Shown: piece after piece, positions 25,399 to 38,821 of the stretch
How the letters are laid out: each line of letters starts with the position of its first letter
Position numbering within the stretch: the stretch's first letter is position 1
Assembly (NCBI RefSeq): GCF_003334305.1
Contig: NZ_QOWS01000013.1
Length of the DNA stretch: 64,000 nucleotides
Reading direction: 5' to 3' (one strand)
DNA from: Escherichia coli
GTDB lineage: Bacteria > Pseudomonadota > Gammaproteobacteria > Enterobacterales > Enterobacteriaceae
The notes under the pieces: model-generated
What the model was told of the DNA's origin: nothing
The model's input: the letters and a program-made list of their open reading frames with translations, nothing else
Databases searched by the model: none
Translations under genes and position numbers: made by a program

Positions 25399-25992
25399 AT
25401 GACTTCTCTGTATTTAGCTTCCGGTTCTCCGCGTCGTCAGGAGTTACTTGCGCAACTTGGCGTGACCTTTGAACGTATTGTTACGGGCATTGAGGAGCAG
25501 CGTCAGCCGCAGGAGAGCGCGCAGCAGTATGTTGTGCGTCTGGCGCGCGAGAAAGCACAGGCGGGTGTCGCGCAAACGGCGCAGGATCTCCCGGTGCTGG
25601 GTGCGGATACTATCGTTATCCTGAATGGAGAAGTGCTGGAGAAACCGCGCGACGCAGAGCATGCGGCGCAGATGTTGCGCAAATTATCGGGTCAGACCCA
25701 TCAGGTGATGACGGCAGTGGCGTTGGCCGACAGCCAGCACATTCTCGATTGCCTGGTGGTCACCGATGTGACTTTCAGAACGTTAACAGACGAAGACATC
25801 GCGGGCTATGTCGCCAGCGGTGAACCGTTAGATAAAGCAGGTGCATACGGTATTCAGGGGCTGGGTGGCTGTTTTGTCAGGAAGATAAATGGCAGCTATC
25901 ACGCCGTAGTCGGCTTACCGCTGGTTGAAACGTATGAATTATTAAGTAATTTTAACGCACTGCGTGAGAAAAGGGATAAACATGACGGCTGA
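25399..25992 (+). CDS. yhdE: Maf-family nucleoside triphosphate pyrophosphatase
   Basis: 197-aa [28 protein letters not shown]… Maf signature. Confidence 0.95.
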   Translation: MTSLYLASGSPRRQELLAQLGVTFERIVTGIEEQRQPQESAQQYVVRLAREKAQAGVAQTAQDLPVLGADTIVILNGEVLEKPRDAEHAAQMLRKLSGQTHQVMTAVALADSQHILDCLVVTDVTFRTLTDEDIAGYVASGEPLDKAGAYGIQGLGGCFVRKINGSYHAVVGLPLVETYELLSNFNALREKRDKHDG

Positions 25993-27451
25993 ATTGTTAG
26001 TAAACGTAACGCCTTCGGAAACGCGAGTGGCGTATATTGATGGCGGTATTCTGCAGGAAATTCATATTGAACGTGAGGCGCGACGCGGAATAGTAGGCAA
26101 TATCTACAAGGGTCGTGTAAGTCGTGTACTTCCGGGTATGCAGGCGGCTTTTGTAGATATTGGGCTGGATAAAGCCGCGTTTCTTCATGCATCCGATATC
26201 ATGCCGCACACCGAATGTGTGGCGGGTGAAGAACAAAAGCAATTCACGGTGCGCGACATCTCGGAACTGGTTCGTCAGGGGCAAGATCTGATGGTGCAGG
26301 TGGTGAAAGATCCGCTTGGCACTAAAGGTGCGCGCCTGACCACCGATATCACGCTGCCTTCTCGCTATCTGGTGTTTATGCCAGGGGCTTCTCACGTTGG
26401 GGTTTCCCAACGTATTGAAAGCGAATCAGAACGTGAACGCCTGAAAAAAGTGGTCGCAGAGTATTGCGACGAGCAGGGCGGGTTTATCATCCGTACCGCA
26501 GCGGAAGGGGTTGGCGAGGCTGAACTGGCCTCCGATGCCGCTTATCTGAAACGCGTCTGGACCAAAGTTATGGAGCGTAAAAAACGCCCGCAGACCCGTT
26601 ATCAGCTGTACGGCGAACTGGCGCTGGCGCAGCGTGTTCTGCGTGATTTCGCCGACGCCGAACTGGACCGCATTCGCGTTGACTCACGCCTGACTTACGA
26701 AGCATTGCTGGAGTTTACCTCGGAGTACATTCCCGAGATGACCAGCAAGCTGGAGCATTACACCGGACGCCAGCCGATTTTCGATCTCTTTGATGTCGAA
26801 AACGAAATCCAGCGAGCGCTGGAACGCAAAGTAGAACTGAAATCCGGTGGTTATCTGATTATCGACCAGACCGAAGCGATGACCACCGTGGACATCAATA
26901 CCGGAGCGTTTGTCGGTCATCGCAATCTGGACGACACCATTTTCAATACCAATATTGAAGCGACGCAGGCTATCGCTCGCCAGTTACGGTTGCGTAATCT
27001 GGGTGGGATTATCATTATTGATTTCATCGATATGAATAATGAAGATCACCGCCGCCGCGTGCTGCACTCGCTGGAGCAGGCGTTGAGCAAAGACCGGGTG
27101 AAAACCAGCGTTAATGGTTTTTCGGCGCTGGGGCTGGTGGAGATGACGCGTAAACGCACCCGCGAAAGCATTGAGCACGTACTGTGTAACGAATGCCCAA
27201 CCTGCCACGGTCGCGGAACGGTGAAAACCGTGGAAACGGTATGCTATGAAATCATGCGCGAGATTGTTCGTGTCCACCATGCTTACGACTCCGACCGTTT
27301 CCTGGTCTATGCTTCTCCGGCAGTAGCTGAAGCCTTGAAAGGCGAAGAGTCACACTCGCTGGCGGAAGTGGAAATTTTCGTTGGTAAACAGGTTAAAGTA
27401 CAAATTGAACCGCTCTATAACCAGGAGCAGTTTGACGTCGTAATGATGTAA
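25982..27451 (+). CDS. rng: Ribonuclease G
   Basis: RNase E/G catalytic-domain homologue; start set at [22 protein letters not shown]… (489 aa), overlapping the yhdE 3' end. Confidence 0.96.
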
Positions 27452-27518
27452 ACAGATGCTGGGCCGCCATCCGGCAAAGGGTTTTTGAGTCACATTTTTA
27501 GCAGACAAGGAGTGACGG

Positions 27519-30500
27519 GTGAGGCGATTGCCGGGGATTTTACTGCTTACTGGAGCCGCGCTCGTTGTGATCGCTGCCCTGCTGGTTAGCGGCCTGCGTA
27601 TTGCTTTACCGCATCTTGACGCCTGGCGTCCGGAAATCCTCAACAAAATAGAATCCGCGACTGGCATGCCGGTAGAAGCCAGTCAGCTCTCAGCCAGCTG
27701 GCAGAATTTTGGCCCGACGCTTGAAGCGCACGACATCCGTGCAGAACTAAAAGATGGCGGCGAAGTTTCGGTTAAACGCGTTACTCTGGCGCTGGATGTC
27801 TGGCAAAGCCTGTTACATATGCGCTGGCAGTTTCGTGATCTCACTTTCTGGCAGCTGCGCTTTCGAACCAACACTCCTATCACCAGCGGTGGTAGCGATG
27901 ACAGTCTGGAAGCCAGTCACATCAGCGATCTGTTTCTTCGTCAATTTGACCATTTCGATCTCCGCGACAGTGAAGTCAGTTTCCTGACGCCATCCGGTCT
28001 GCGCGCCGAGCTGGCGATCCCACAACTCACCTGGCTGAACGATCCACGTCGACACCGTGCGGAAGGTCTGGTAAGCCTCTCCAGCCTTACCGGACAGCAT
28101 GGCGTGATGCAGGTGCGCATGGATTTGCGCGATGATGAGGGGTTGTTAAGCAATGGTCGCGTCTGGCTCCAGGCGGATGACATCGACCTGAAGCCGTGGC
28201 TCGGTAAATGGATGCAGGACAATATTGCGCTGGAAACGGCACAGTTCTCCCTTGAAGGCTGGATGACGATCGACAAAGGCGATGTAACCGGCGGTGACGT
28301 CTGGCTGAAACAGGGCGGTGCCAGCTGGTTGGGCGAGAAGGAAACGCATACGCTGTCGGTGGATAATCTGACCGCGCATATTACGCGTGAAAATCCGGGC
28401 TGGCAGTTCTCTATTCCCGATACACGGATCACGATGGACGGTAAACCCTGGCCGAGCGGAGCATTGACGCTGGCCTGGATACCGGAACAGGACGTTGGCG
28501 GCAAAGACAATAAACGCAGTGACGAACTCCGGATTCGCGCCAGTAATCTGGAGCTGGCAGGCCTGGAGGGCATACGCCCGCTGGCCGCGAAACTTTCACC
28601 TGCACTGGGTGATGTTTGGCGCTCCACACAACCGAGCGGCAAGATTAACACTCTGGCGCTGGATATCCCGCTTCAGGCGGCAGACAATACCCGTTTTCAG
28701 GCATCGTGGAGCGATCTGGCCTGGAAGCAATGGAAATTATTACCGGGTGCGGAACACTTCTCCGGGACGCTTTCCGGCAGCGTTGAAAATGGTTTGCTTA
28801 CCGCGTCGATGAAGCAGGCAAAGATGCCTTACGAAACGGTATTCCGTGCGCCACTGGAAATCGCCGACGGCCAGGCAACTATAAGCTGGCTGAACAATGA
28901 CAAAGGTTTCCAGCTGGATGGGCGTAATATTGACGTTAAAGCCAAAGCCGTCCATGCGCGCGGCGGTTTTCGTTACCTGCAACCTGCTAACGATGAACCC
29001 TGGCTGGGTATTCTGGCTGGCATCAGTACCGATGATGGTTCACAAGCCTGGCGCTATTTCCCGGAAAACTTGATGGGTAAAGACCTGGTTGATTACTTAA
29101 GTGGCGCGATTCAGGGCGGTGAAGCGGATAACGCGACGCTGGTTTATGGTGGCAATCCGCAACTCTTCCCCTATAAACACAACGAAGGTCAGTTTGAAGT
29201 GCTGGTGCCGCTGCGCAACGCGAAGTTTGCCTTCCAGCCGGACTGGCCTGCATTAACTAACCTTGATATTGAACTGGACTTTATTAACGACGGTTTATGG
29301 ATGAAAACCGATGGCGTTAATCTGGGCGGCGTGCGCGCGAGTAATCTCACCGCAGTGATCCCTGACTACTCAAAAGAAAAACTGCTGATTGACGCTGACA
29401 TTAAAGGTCCGGGTAAAGCCGTAGGCCCTTACTTTGATGAGACACCGCTGAAAGATTCTCTGGGTGCGACCCTGCAAGAACTCCAGCTCGACGGCGATGT
29501 GAATGCTCGCTTACATCTTGATATCCCGCTGAACGGCGAACTGGTAACCGCGAAAGGTGAAGTGACGCTGCGTAATAACAGTCTGTTTATCAAACCACTC
29601 GACAGCACCCTGAAAAATTTGAGCGGTAAATTCAGCTTTATCAATGGCGATCTGCAAAGTGAACCACTGACAGCAAGCTGGTTTAATCAGCCGTTGAACG
29701 TGGATTTTTCCACCAAAGAAGGGGCAAAAGCCTACCAGGTTGCGGTGAATCTCAACGGTAACTGGCAACCGGCGAAAACCAGCGTTCTGCCTGAAGCGGT
29801 GAACGAAGCATTGAGTGGCAGCGTGGCGTGGGATGGTAAAGTGGGCATTGATCTGCCTTATCATGCTGGCGCGACCTATAACGTAGAGATGAACGGCGAT
29901 CTGAATAATGTGAGTAGTCACTTACCTTCACCGTTAGCCAAACCTGCGGGTGAACCACTAGCGGTAAACGTTAAGGTTGATGGCAATCTCAACAGCTTTG
30001 AATTAACCGGACAGGCTGGTGCGGATAACCATTTCAATAGCCGCTGGTTGCTTGGTCAAAAGCTGACGCTCGATCGTGCTATTTGGGCGGCAGACAGTAA
30101 AACGCTCCCGCCGTTGCCGGAACAAAGTGGCGTTGAACTCAATATGCCGCCGATGAATGGTGCCGAGTGGCTGGCCCTGTTCCAGAAAGGCGCTGCGGAG
30201 AGTGTCGGTGGTGCAGCGAGTTTCCCACAACACATAACGTTACGTACGCCTATGTTGTCACTGGGAAATCAGCAATGGAATAACCTGAGTATTGTTTCGC
30301 AACCGACGGCAAATGGCACCCTGGTTGAGGCGCAAGGGCGTGAAATCAACGCCACGCTAGCGATGCGTAATAACGCGCCGTGGCTGGCGAATATCAAATA
30401 TCTTTATTACAACCCGAGCGTGGCGAAAACTCGTGGTGATTCAACGCCGTCATCACCTTTCCCGACAACGGAGCGCATTAACTTCCGTGGCTGGCCGGAC

Positions 30501-31319
30501 GCACAAATACGATGCACAGAGTGCTGGTTCTGGGGGCAAAAATTCGGTCGCATTGACAGTGATATCACCATTTCTGGCGATACGTTAACGCTGACCAATG
30601 GACTGATTGATACTGGTTTCTCGCGGCTTACTGCCGATGGTGAATGGGTTAATAATCCGGAGAATGAACGTACCTCGCTGAAAGGAAAACTGCGCGGGCA
30701 GAAAATTGATGCCGCCGCAGAATTTTTTGGTGTCACGACGCCCATACGCCAGTCGTCATTTAATGTGGATTACGATTTACACTGGCGCAAAGCACCCTGG
30801 CAACCAGATGAGGCGACGTTGAATGGCATCATTCATACTCAACTGGGTAAAGGCGAAATTACCGAAATCAATACCGGACATGCCGGGCAATTGCTGCGCT
30901 TATTGAGCGTTGATGCCCTGATGCGTAAGCTGCGTTTTGATTTCAGAGACACTTTTGGCGAAGGGTTCTATTTTGACTCCATTCGCAGCACCGCGTGGAT
31001 TAAAGACGGCGTTATGCACACCGACGACACGCTGGTGGATGGCCTGGAGGCGGATATCGCCATGAAAGGGTCGGTAAATCTGGTACGTCGCGACCTGAAT
31101 ATGGAAGCGGTTGTCGCACCAGAGATTTCTGCGACGGTGGGCGTGGCTGCGGCTTTTGCGGTTAACCCCATTGTTGGCGCGGCAGTGTTTGCCGCCAGTA
31201 AAGTGCTGGGGCCGCTGTGGAGCAAAGTCTCCATTTTGCGCTATCACATTTCGGGTCCGCTGGACGATCCGCAAATCAACGAAGTGTTGCGCCAACCGCG
31301 TAAAGAAAAAGCGCAATGA
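27519..31319 (+). CDS. yhdP: AsmA-like large envelope protein (phospholipid transport)
   Basis: 1266-aa ORF with N-terminal TM anchor; size and position match yhdP. Confidence 0.94.
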   Translation: MRRLPGILLLTGAALVVIAALLVSGLRIALPHLDAWRPEILNKIESATGMPVEASQLSASWQNFGPTLEAHDIRAELKDGGEVSVKRVTLALDVWQSLLHMRWQFRDLTFWQLRFRTNTPITSGGSDDSLEASHISDLFLRQFDHFDLRDSEVSFLTPSGLRAELAIPQLTWLNDPRRHRAEGLVSLSSLTGQHGVMQVRMDLRDDEGLLSNGRVWLQADDIDLKPWLGKWMQDNIALETAQFSLEGWMTIDKGDVTGGDVWLKQGGASWLGEKETHTLSVDNLTAHITRENPGWQFSIPDTRITMDGKPWPSGALTLAWIPEQDVGGKDNKRSDELRIRASNLELAGLEGIRPLAAKLSPALGDVWRSTQPSGKINTLALDIPLQAADNTRFQASWSDLAWKQWKLLPGAEHFSGTLSGSVENGLLTASMKQAKMPYETVFRAPLEIADGQATISWLNNDKGFQLDGRNIDVKAKAVHARGGFRYLQPANDEPWLGILAGISTDDGSQAWRYFPENLMGKDLVDYLSGAIQGGEADNATLVYGGNPQLFPYKHNEGQFEVLVPLRNAKFAFQPDWPALTNLDIELDFINDGLWMKTDGVNLGGVRASNLTAVIPDYSKEKLLIDADIKGPGKAVGPYFDETPLKDSLGATLQELQLDGDVNARLHLDIPLNGELVTAKGEVTLRNNSLFIKPLDSTLKNLSGKFSFINGDLQSEPLTASWFNQPLNVDFSTKEGAKAYQVAVNLNGNWQPAKTSVLPEAVNEALSGSVAWDGKVGIDLPYHAGATYNVEMNGDLNNVSSHLPSPLAKPAGEPLAVNVKVDGNLNSFELTGQAGADNHFNSRWLLGQKLTLDRAIWAADSKTLPPLPEQSGVELNMPPMNGAEWLALFQKGAAESVGGAASFPQHITLRTPMLSLGNQQWNNLSIVSQPTANGTLVEAQGREINATLAMRNNAPWLANIKYLYYNPSVAKTRGDSTPSSPFPTTERINFRGWPDAQIRCTECWFWGQKFGRIDSDITISGDTLTLTNGLIDTGFSRLTADGEWVNNPENERTSLKGKLRGQKIDAAAEFFGVTTPIRQSSFNVDYDLHWRKAPWQPDEATLNGIIHTQLGKGEITEINTGHAGQLLRLLSVDALMRKLRFDFRDTFGEGFYFDSIRSTAWIKDGVMHTDDTLVDGLEADIAMKGSVNLVRRDLNMEAVVAPEISATVGVAAAFAVNPIVGAAVFAASKVLGPLWSKVSILRYHISGPLDDPQINEVLRQPRKEKAQ

Positions 31320-31392
31320 TTTGACGAGGGCGCGTAATTGCCCCAATCTCATATGATAATCGTTGCCAAAGGCCAACGAGCCGGAACATAAC

Positions 31393-31430
31393 TGTAGGCC
31401 GGATAGGGCGTTCACGCCGCATCCGGCAGC
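31393..31430. repeat. REP (repetitive extragenic palindromic) element
   Basis: GTAGGCCGGATAGGGCGTTCACGCCGCATCCGGCA is the reverse complement of the canonical REP motif GCCGGATGCGGCGTGAACGCCTTATCCGGCCTAC; lies between yhdP and tldD. Confidence 0.85.
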
Positions 31431-31459
31431 CGTAAAAAATCCTCTACTGCAGTAACTAA

Positions 31460-32920
<1,461 letters not shown>

Positions 32921-32970
32921 TAATTTCATTATTTTCAGAAGGATAATTAATCTTTCTACGTGCACGAACG

Positions 32971-33008
32971 GTCCCCTCGCTCCTCTGGGGTTAGGGTGAG
33001 GGGAACCC
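32971..33008. repeat. GC-rich hairpin intergenic repeat (copy 1 of 2 in window)
   Basis: TCCCCTCGCTCCTCTGGGGTTAGGGTGAGGGGAA; 7-bp stem TCCCCTC/GAGGGGA shared with a second copy at ~50818. Confidence 0.6.
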
Positions 33009-33047
33009 GTTGGCACAGGTTTGTAGAACGTAACAGTACAATATGAA

Positions 33048-33977
33048 TTACTTCTCTTTCCCGCGCCCGTGCATCTCCTGAAACAATTTACCGACCTCAA
33101 CAAAATAATCCGTCAGCGAGTTGATCACGACCTGTACCTTCAGCGGCAGCTTATCTTTTTCGGTATATAACGCATAAACCGGGCGTGGATCTGACTGGTA
33201 ACGTGGTAGCAGGATCTCCAGCTCCCCGCGATTGATCTCGTTGATCACCCACATCAGCGGCACGTAGGCGATCCCAGCGCCTGCAGTCAGCCAGCGCACC
33301 AGCGTCATCGGATCATTAGTCACAAATCTCCCCTGCGGGATCAGGCGAGTCGAGATCCCTTCCGGTGCGATCAGTTCAAATTCATTGTCGGGCCGCACGC
33401 TGTATTCAAGCCATGAATGGCTACTTAAATCGGCGGGTTTTTCCGGTATGCCGTATTGTGTGAGATAGCTTTTTGCGGCGCACACCACCATTGGCATCGC
33501 GCCCAGACGGCGGGAAAACAGGCTGGAATCCTGCAACGCGCCGACGCGGATCACCACATCCAGACCGTCGGCAATCAGGTCGGGGGCAGGAATTCCGGTA
33601 ACCAGATTGACGCTCAAACCTGGGTATTCTTTCAGCATTTTTGCTGTCAGCCCGGCGAGAACATTTTGTGCCATAGTTGAAGAACAGCCAATGCGCAGCG
33701 TCCCGATGGGGGTGTTATTGAAGGCATACAGTTGCTCATGAACATCCTGCACTTCATGAAGCATACGACGGCAGCCCTGGTAGTAAATTCTACCGGCTTC
33801 GGTCAGGCCAATGCTGCGTGTGCTACGGTTTAACAGCTTTACCTGCAACTCATCTTCCAGTTTTGACACCGTCTGACTGATGGACGAAACGCTCATCTGT
33901 AGCTGTCTGGCGGCGGCGGTAAAAGAGCCAAATTCAACTACTTTGGCAAACACCGACATGCGTTTTAGTCGTTCCAT
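33048..33977 (-). CDS. aaeR: LysR-family transcriptional activator of aaeXAB
   Basis: 309-aa ORF with N-terminal LysR HTH; divergent from aaeX. Confidence 0.94.
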   Translation of the reverse strand: MERLKRMSVFAKVVEFGSFTAAARQLQMSVSSISQTVSKLEDELQVKLLNRSTRSIGLTEAGRIYYQGCRRMLHEVQDVHEQLYAFNNTPIGTLRIGCSSTMAQNVLAGLTAKMLKEYPGLSVNLVTGIPAPDLIADGLDVVIRVGALQDSSLFSRRLGAMPMVVCAAKSYLTQYGIPEKPADLSSHSWLEYSVRPDNEFELIAPEGISTRLIPQGRFVTNDPMTLVRWLTAGAGIAYVPLMWVINEINRGELEILLPRYQSDPRPVYALYTEKDKLPLKVQVVINSLTDYFVEVGKLFQEMHGRGKEK

Positions 33978-34159
33978 TATTCACTCTGACTTAAAAGTGA
34001 TTTAGATCACATAATATAGATAACAGCATAACAGTTACGCTAATATATTAAATATCAATCTACAGCAATGTTGCTCTCGCCCGGCTTTCCATGCCCTTCT
34101 CTGCGGCGACAGATGCTGAAAATAATAACGCCTGCTCTCTCTTTACAACCAAGGTCAAC

Positions 34160-34363
34160 ATGAGTCTGTTTCCCGTTATCGTGGTGTTTGGGCTGTCCTT
34201 CCCACCGATATTTTTTGAATTGCTTTTATCACTGGCGATTTTCTGGCTGGTGCGCCGGGTACTTGTGCCAACAGGTATCTACGACTTTGTCTGGCATCCG
34301 GCGTTGTTCAACACCGCGCTCTATTGCTGCTTGTTTTATTTGATATCGCGACTGTTCGTTTGA
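34160..34363 (+). CDS. aaeX: Small membrane protein AaeX
   Basis: Start set at [33 protein letters not shown]… (67 aa); the track ORF is extended upstream. Confidence 0.88.
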
Positions 34364-34370
34364 GGTTGAA

Positions 34371-35303
34371 GTGAAAACACTAATAAGAAAATTCTCCCGT
34401 ACGGCCATCACGGTCGTATTAGTCATTCTGGCCTTCATCGCAATTTTTAATGCCTGGGTCTATTACACCGAATCCCCCTGGACGCGTGACGCGCGCTTTA
34501 GCGCTGACGTCGTTGCGATCGCGCCGGACGTTTCTGGACTCATTACCCAGGTGAATGTTCATGATAACCAGCTGGTGAAAAAAGGACAGATACTGTTCAC
34601 CATCGACCAGCCGCGCTATCAAAAGGCGCTTGAGGAAGCGCAAGCCGATGTTGCTTATTATCAGGTACTGGCACAGGAGAAACGCCAGGAGGCCGGACGT
34701 CGTAACCGTCTCGGTGTGCAGGCGATGTCTCGCGAAGAGATCGACCAGGCTAACAACGTACTACAAACGGTTCTGCATCAGTTAGCGAAAGCGCAGGCGA
34801 CCCGCGATCTGGCAAAACTGGATCTTGAACGCACGGTGATCCGCGCGCCAGCAGATGGCTGGGTGACCAACCTCAACGTCTATACCGGTGAGTTTATTAC
34901 TCGAGGATCAACGGCGGTTGCGCTGGTGAAACAGAACTCCTTCTATGTACTGGCCTATATGGAAGAAACTAAGCTGGAAGGGGTGCGTCCGGGGTATCGT
35001 GCAGAGATCACGCCGCTTGGCAGTAACAAAGTGCTGAAAGGGACTGTTGATAGTGTTGCCGCAGGGGTCACCAACGCCAGCAGCACGCGTGACGACAAAG
35101 GGATGGCGACTATAGACTCTAACCTTGAATGGGTGCGTCTTGCGCAACGTGTTCCGGTTCGTATTCGTCTCGACAACCAGCAAGAGAACATCTGGCCTGC
35201 GGGCACCACTGCTACAGTGGTGGTCACTGGCAAACAAGATCGCGACGAAAGCCAGGATTCGTTCTTCCGTAAAATGGCCCATCGCCTGCGTGAGTTTGGT
35301 TAA
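34371..35303 (+). CDS. aaeA: Aromatic carboxylic acid efflux pump, membrane fusion subunit
   Basis: 310-aa HlyD-family adaptor with N-terminal TM anchor. Confidence 0.95.
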
Positions 35304-35308
35304 TCACG

Positions 35309-37276
35309 ATGGGTATTTTCTCCATTGCTAACCAACATATTCGCTTTGCGGTAAAACTGGCGACCGCCATTGTACTGGCGCTGTTTGTTGGCTTTCACTT
35401 CCAGCTGGAAACGCCACGCTGGGCGGTACTGACAGCGGCGATTGTTGCCGCCGGTCCGGCCTTTGCTGCGGGAGGTGAACCGTATTCTGGCGCTATTCGT
35501 TATCGTGGCTTTTTGCGCATCATCGGCACATTTATTGGCTGTATTGCCGGACTGGTGATCATCATTGCGATGATCCGCGCACCATTATTGATGATTCTGG
35601 TGTGCTGTATCTGGGCCGGTTTTTGTACCTGGATATCCTCGCTGGTACGAATAGAAAACTCGTACGCGTGGGGGCTGGCCGGTTATACCGCGCTGATCAT
35701 TGTGATCACCATTCAGCCGGAACCATTGCTTACGCCGCAGTTTGCCGTCGAACGTTGTAGCGAGATCGTTATCGGTATTGTGTGTGCGATTATGGCGGAT
35801 TTGCTCTTTTCTCCGCGATCGATCAAACAAGAAGTGGATCGAGAGCTGGAAAGTTTGCTGGTCGCGCAATATCAATTAATGCAACTCTGTATCAAGCATG
35901 GCGATGGTGAAGTTGTCGATAAAGCCTGGGGCGACCTGGTGCGACGCACCACGGCGCTACAAGGCATGCGCAGCAACCTGAATATGGAATCTTCCCGCTG
36001 GGCGCGGGCCAATCGACGTTTAAAAGCGATCAATACGCTATCGCTGACGCTGATTACCCAATCCTGCGAAACTTATCTTATTCAGAATACGCGCCCGGAA
36101 TTGATCACTGATACTTTCCGCGAATTTTTTGACACGCCGGTAGAAACCGCGCAGGACGTCCACAAGCAGCTCAAACGCCTGCGGAGAGTTATCGCCTGGA
36201 CCGGGAAACGGGAAACGCCTGTCACCATTTATAGCTGGGTCGCGGCGGCAACGCGTTATCAGCTTCTCAAGCGCGGCGTTATCAGTAACACAAAAATCAA
36301 CGCCACCGAAGAAGAGATCCTGCAAGGCGAACCGGAAGTCAAAGTAGAGTCAGCCGAACGTCATCATGCGATGGTTAACTTCTGGCGAACCACACTTTCC
36401 TGCATTCTGGGCACGCTTTTCTGGCTGTGGACGGGCTGGACTTCCGGCAGTGGTGCAATGGTGATGATTGCGGTAGTGACGTCACTGGCAATGCGTTTGC
36501 CGAATCCACGCATGGTGGCGATCGACTTTATCTACGGGACGCTGGCCGCGCTGCCGTTAGGGCTGCTCTACTTTTTGGTGATTATCCCTAATACCCAACA
36601 GAGCATGTTGCTGCTGTGTATTAGCCTGGCAGTGCTGGGATTCTTCCTCGGAATAGAAGTACAGAAACGGCGACTGGGCTCGATGGGGGCGCTGGCCAGC
36701 ACCATAAATATTATCGTGCTGGATAACCCGATGACTTTCCATTTCAGTCAGTTTCTCGACAGCGCATTAGGGCAAATCGTCGGCTGTGTGCTCGCGTTCA
36801 CCGTTATTTTGCTGGTGCGGGATAAATCGCGCGACAGGACTGGACGTGTACTGCTTAATCAGTTTGTTTCTGCCGCTGTTTCCGCGATGACTACCAATGT
36901 GGCACGTCGTAAAGAGAACCACCTCCCGGCACTTTATCAGCAGCTGTTTTTGCTGATGAATAAGTTCCCAGGGGATTTGCCGAAATTTCGCCTGGCGCTG
37001 ACGATGATTATCGCGCACCAGCGCCTGCGTGATGCGCCGATCCCGGTTAACGAGGATTTATCGGCGTTTCACCGACAAATGCGCCGCACAGCAGACCATG
37101 TGATATCTGCCCGTAGCGATGATAAACGTCGTCGGTACTTTGGTCAGTTGCTGGAAGAACTGGAAATCTACCAGGAAAAGCTACGCATCTGGCAAGCGCC
37201 ACCGCAGGTGACGGAACCGGTTCATCGGCTGGCGGGGATGCTCCATAAGTATCAACATGCGTTGACCGATAGTTAA
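35309..37276 (+). CDS. aaeB: Aromatic carboxylic acid (p-hydroxybenzoate) efflux pump subunit
   Basis: 655-aa polytopic membrane ORF following aaeA. Confidence 0.95.
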   Translation: MGIFSIANQHIRFAVKLATAIVLALFVGFHFQLETPRWAVLTAAIVAAGPAFAAGGEPYSGAIRYRGFLRIIGTFIGCIAGLVIIIAMIRAPLLMILVCCIWAGFCTWISSLVRIENSYAWGLAGYTALIIVITIQPEPLLTPQFAVERCSEIVIGIVCAIMADLLFSPRSIKQEVDRELESLLVAQYQLMQLCIKHGDGEVVDKAWGDLVRRTTALQGMRSNLNMESSRWARANRRLKAINTLSLTLITQSCETYLIQNTRPELITDTFREFFDTPVETAQDVHKQLKRLRRVIAWTGKRETPVTIYSWVAAATRYQLLKRGVISNTKINATEEEILQGEPEVKVESAERHHAMVNFWRTTLSCILGTLFWLWTGWTSGSGAMVMIAVVTSLAMRLPNPRMVAIDFIYGTLAALPLGLLYFLVIIPNTQQSMLLLCISLAVLGFFLGIEVQKRRLGSMGALASTINIIVLDNPMTFHFSQFLDSALGQIVGCVLAFTVILLVRDKSRDRTGRVLLNQFVSAAVSAMTTNVARRKENHLPALYQQLFLLMNKFPGDLPKFRLALTMIIAHQRLRDAPIPVNEDLSAFHRQMRRTADHVISARSDDKRRRYFGQLLEELEIYQEKLRIWQAPPQVTEPVHRLAGMLHKYQHALTDS

Positions 37277-37367
37277 GTCAAAACCGACGCCAAAAGCGTC
37301 GGTTTTTTCATGGCTATACTTAGCGATGAACGGCAGAACTCGCCGCGAAACGTGACGGTGGCAACAG

Positions 37368-37640
37368 ATGAATATTTATACCTTTGATTTTGATGAGATT
37401 GAGAGTCAGGAGGATTTTTATCGCGACTTCAGCCAAGCCTTTGGTCTGGCGAAAGATAAGGTACGCGATCTCGACTCACTATGGGATGTGTTAATGAACG
37501 ATGTCCTGCCGCTACCACTTGAGATTGAATTTGTTCATCTGGGAGAGAAAACGCGTCGCCGTTTTGGCGCGTTAATATTGCTGTTTGATGAGGCAGAGGA
37601 AGAGCTGGAAGGGCATTTGCGTTTTAATGTTCGTCATTAG
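37368..37640 (+). CDS. yhcO: Barstar-like (ribonuclease inhibitor family) protein
   Basis: 90-aa acidic [30 protein letters not shown]…; barstar-family fold assignment from memory. Confidence 0.85.
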   Translation: MNIYTFDFDEIESQEDFYRDFSQAFGLAKDKVRDLDSLWDVLMNDVLPLPLEIEFVHLGEKTRRRFGALILLFDEAEEELEGHLRFNVRH

Positions 37641-37643
37641 CGC

Positions 37644-37668
37644 AAAAAAAAGCCCCCGAACCGGGGGC
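37644..37668. terminator. Bidirectional hairpin terminator between convergent yhcO and yhcN
   Basis: AAAAAAAAGCCCCCGAACCGGGGGC with flanking A/T tracts. Confidence 0.7.
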
Positions 37669-37695
37669 AATATCGTCGGACAAGACGATGAGGGT

Positions 37696-37959
37696 TTATT
37701 TGTACAGTTCAGCCGTAGCGTGCCAGGTGTCACCGCTACGAGCTTCAGTAATCTGGTAGGCCGTTGCGCCTTTCTCTTCCGCTTTTTTGTTCAGCATTTC
37801 ACGTATATCCATTGGCGAAGACGCCACACCACTTACGGATACGGTCCCGATTGCTTCACGGTTTTGTGCTTGTGCAGCATCAATGGAGTCGGCAGCGAAT
37901 GCACCGAAAGAGAGAACAGAAAGTACGCTTAATGCAGCAACAGTGGTTTTGATTTTCAT
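37696..37959 (-). CDS. yhcN: Periplasmic stress-induced protein (DUF1471/YhcN family)
   Basis: 87-aa ORF with signal peptide MKIKTTVAALSVLSVLSFGAFA. Confidence 0.9.
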   Translation of the reverse strand: MKIKTTVAALSVLSVLSFGAFAADSIDAAQAQNREAIGTVSVSGVASSPMDIREMLNKKAEEKGATAYQITEARSGDTWHATAELYK

Positions 37960-38323
37960 GATTTTTACCTCGACATAATCTTTTTGCTGGGTCTTTGTTT
38001 CGTGACCCTTATCACAAAATCAAGTATACACTAATTATTGAACTAATTAATACCACGCTAACTGTTTCTGTTGATACTAAGTGTTAAAAATGTGAATGTT
38101 AATAACAAAAAAGAATTAAAAATACGGTTATTTATCGTTAATTCTAGTGTTTTCAATTAGATAATGAATTTTGCATAATGTGCTTTTTTTACCTTATGTA
38201 TTCATTGTGTGAATGACATGTCGCAGTAAAACGCACTATTCGTTAAATGTATCGCAGGAGAAAGCAGGGGGTTGAGAGGGATAAGCAACATTTTCCCCGC
38301 CGCCAGAAGCGACGGGGCAGAGA

Positions 38324-38797
<474 letters not shown>

Positions 38798-38821
38798 TCA
38801 CCCGATATGGTGGTTGATACA

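Noticed and set aside
27941-28651. 236-aa minus-strand ORF rich in Ser/Pro/Arg
   Set aside because: Antisense within yhdP; compositionally biased with no motifs.
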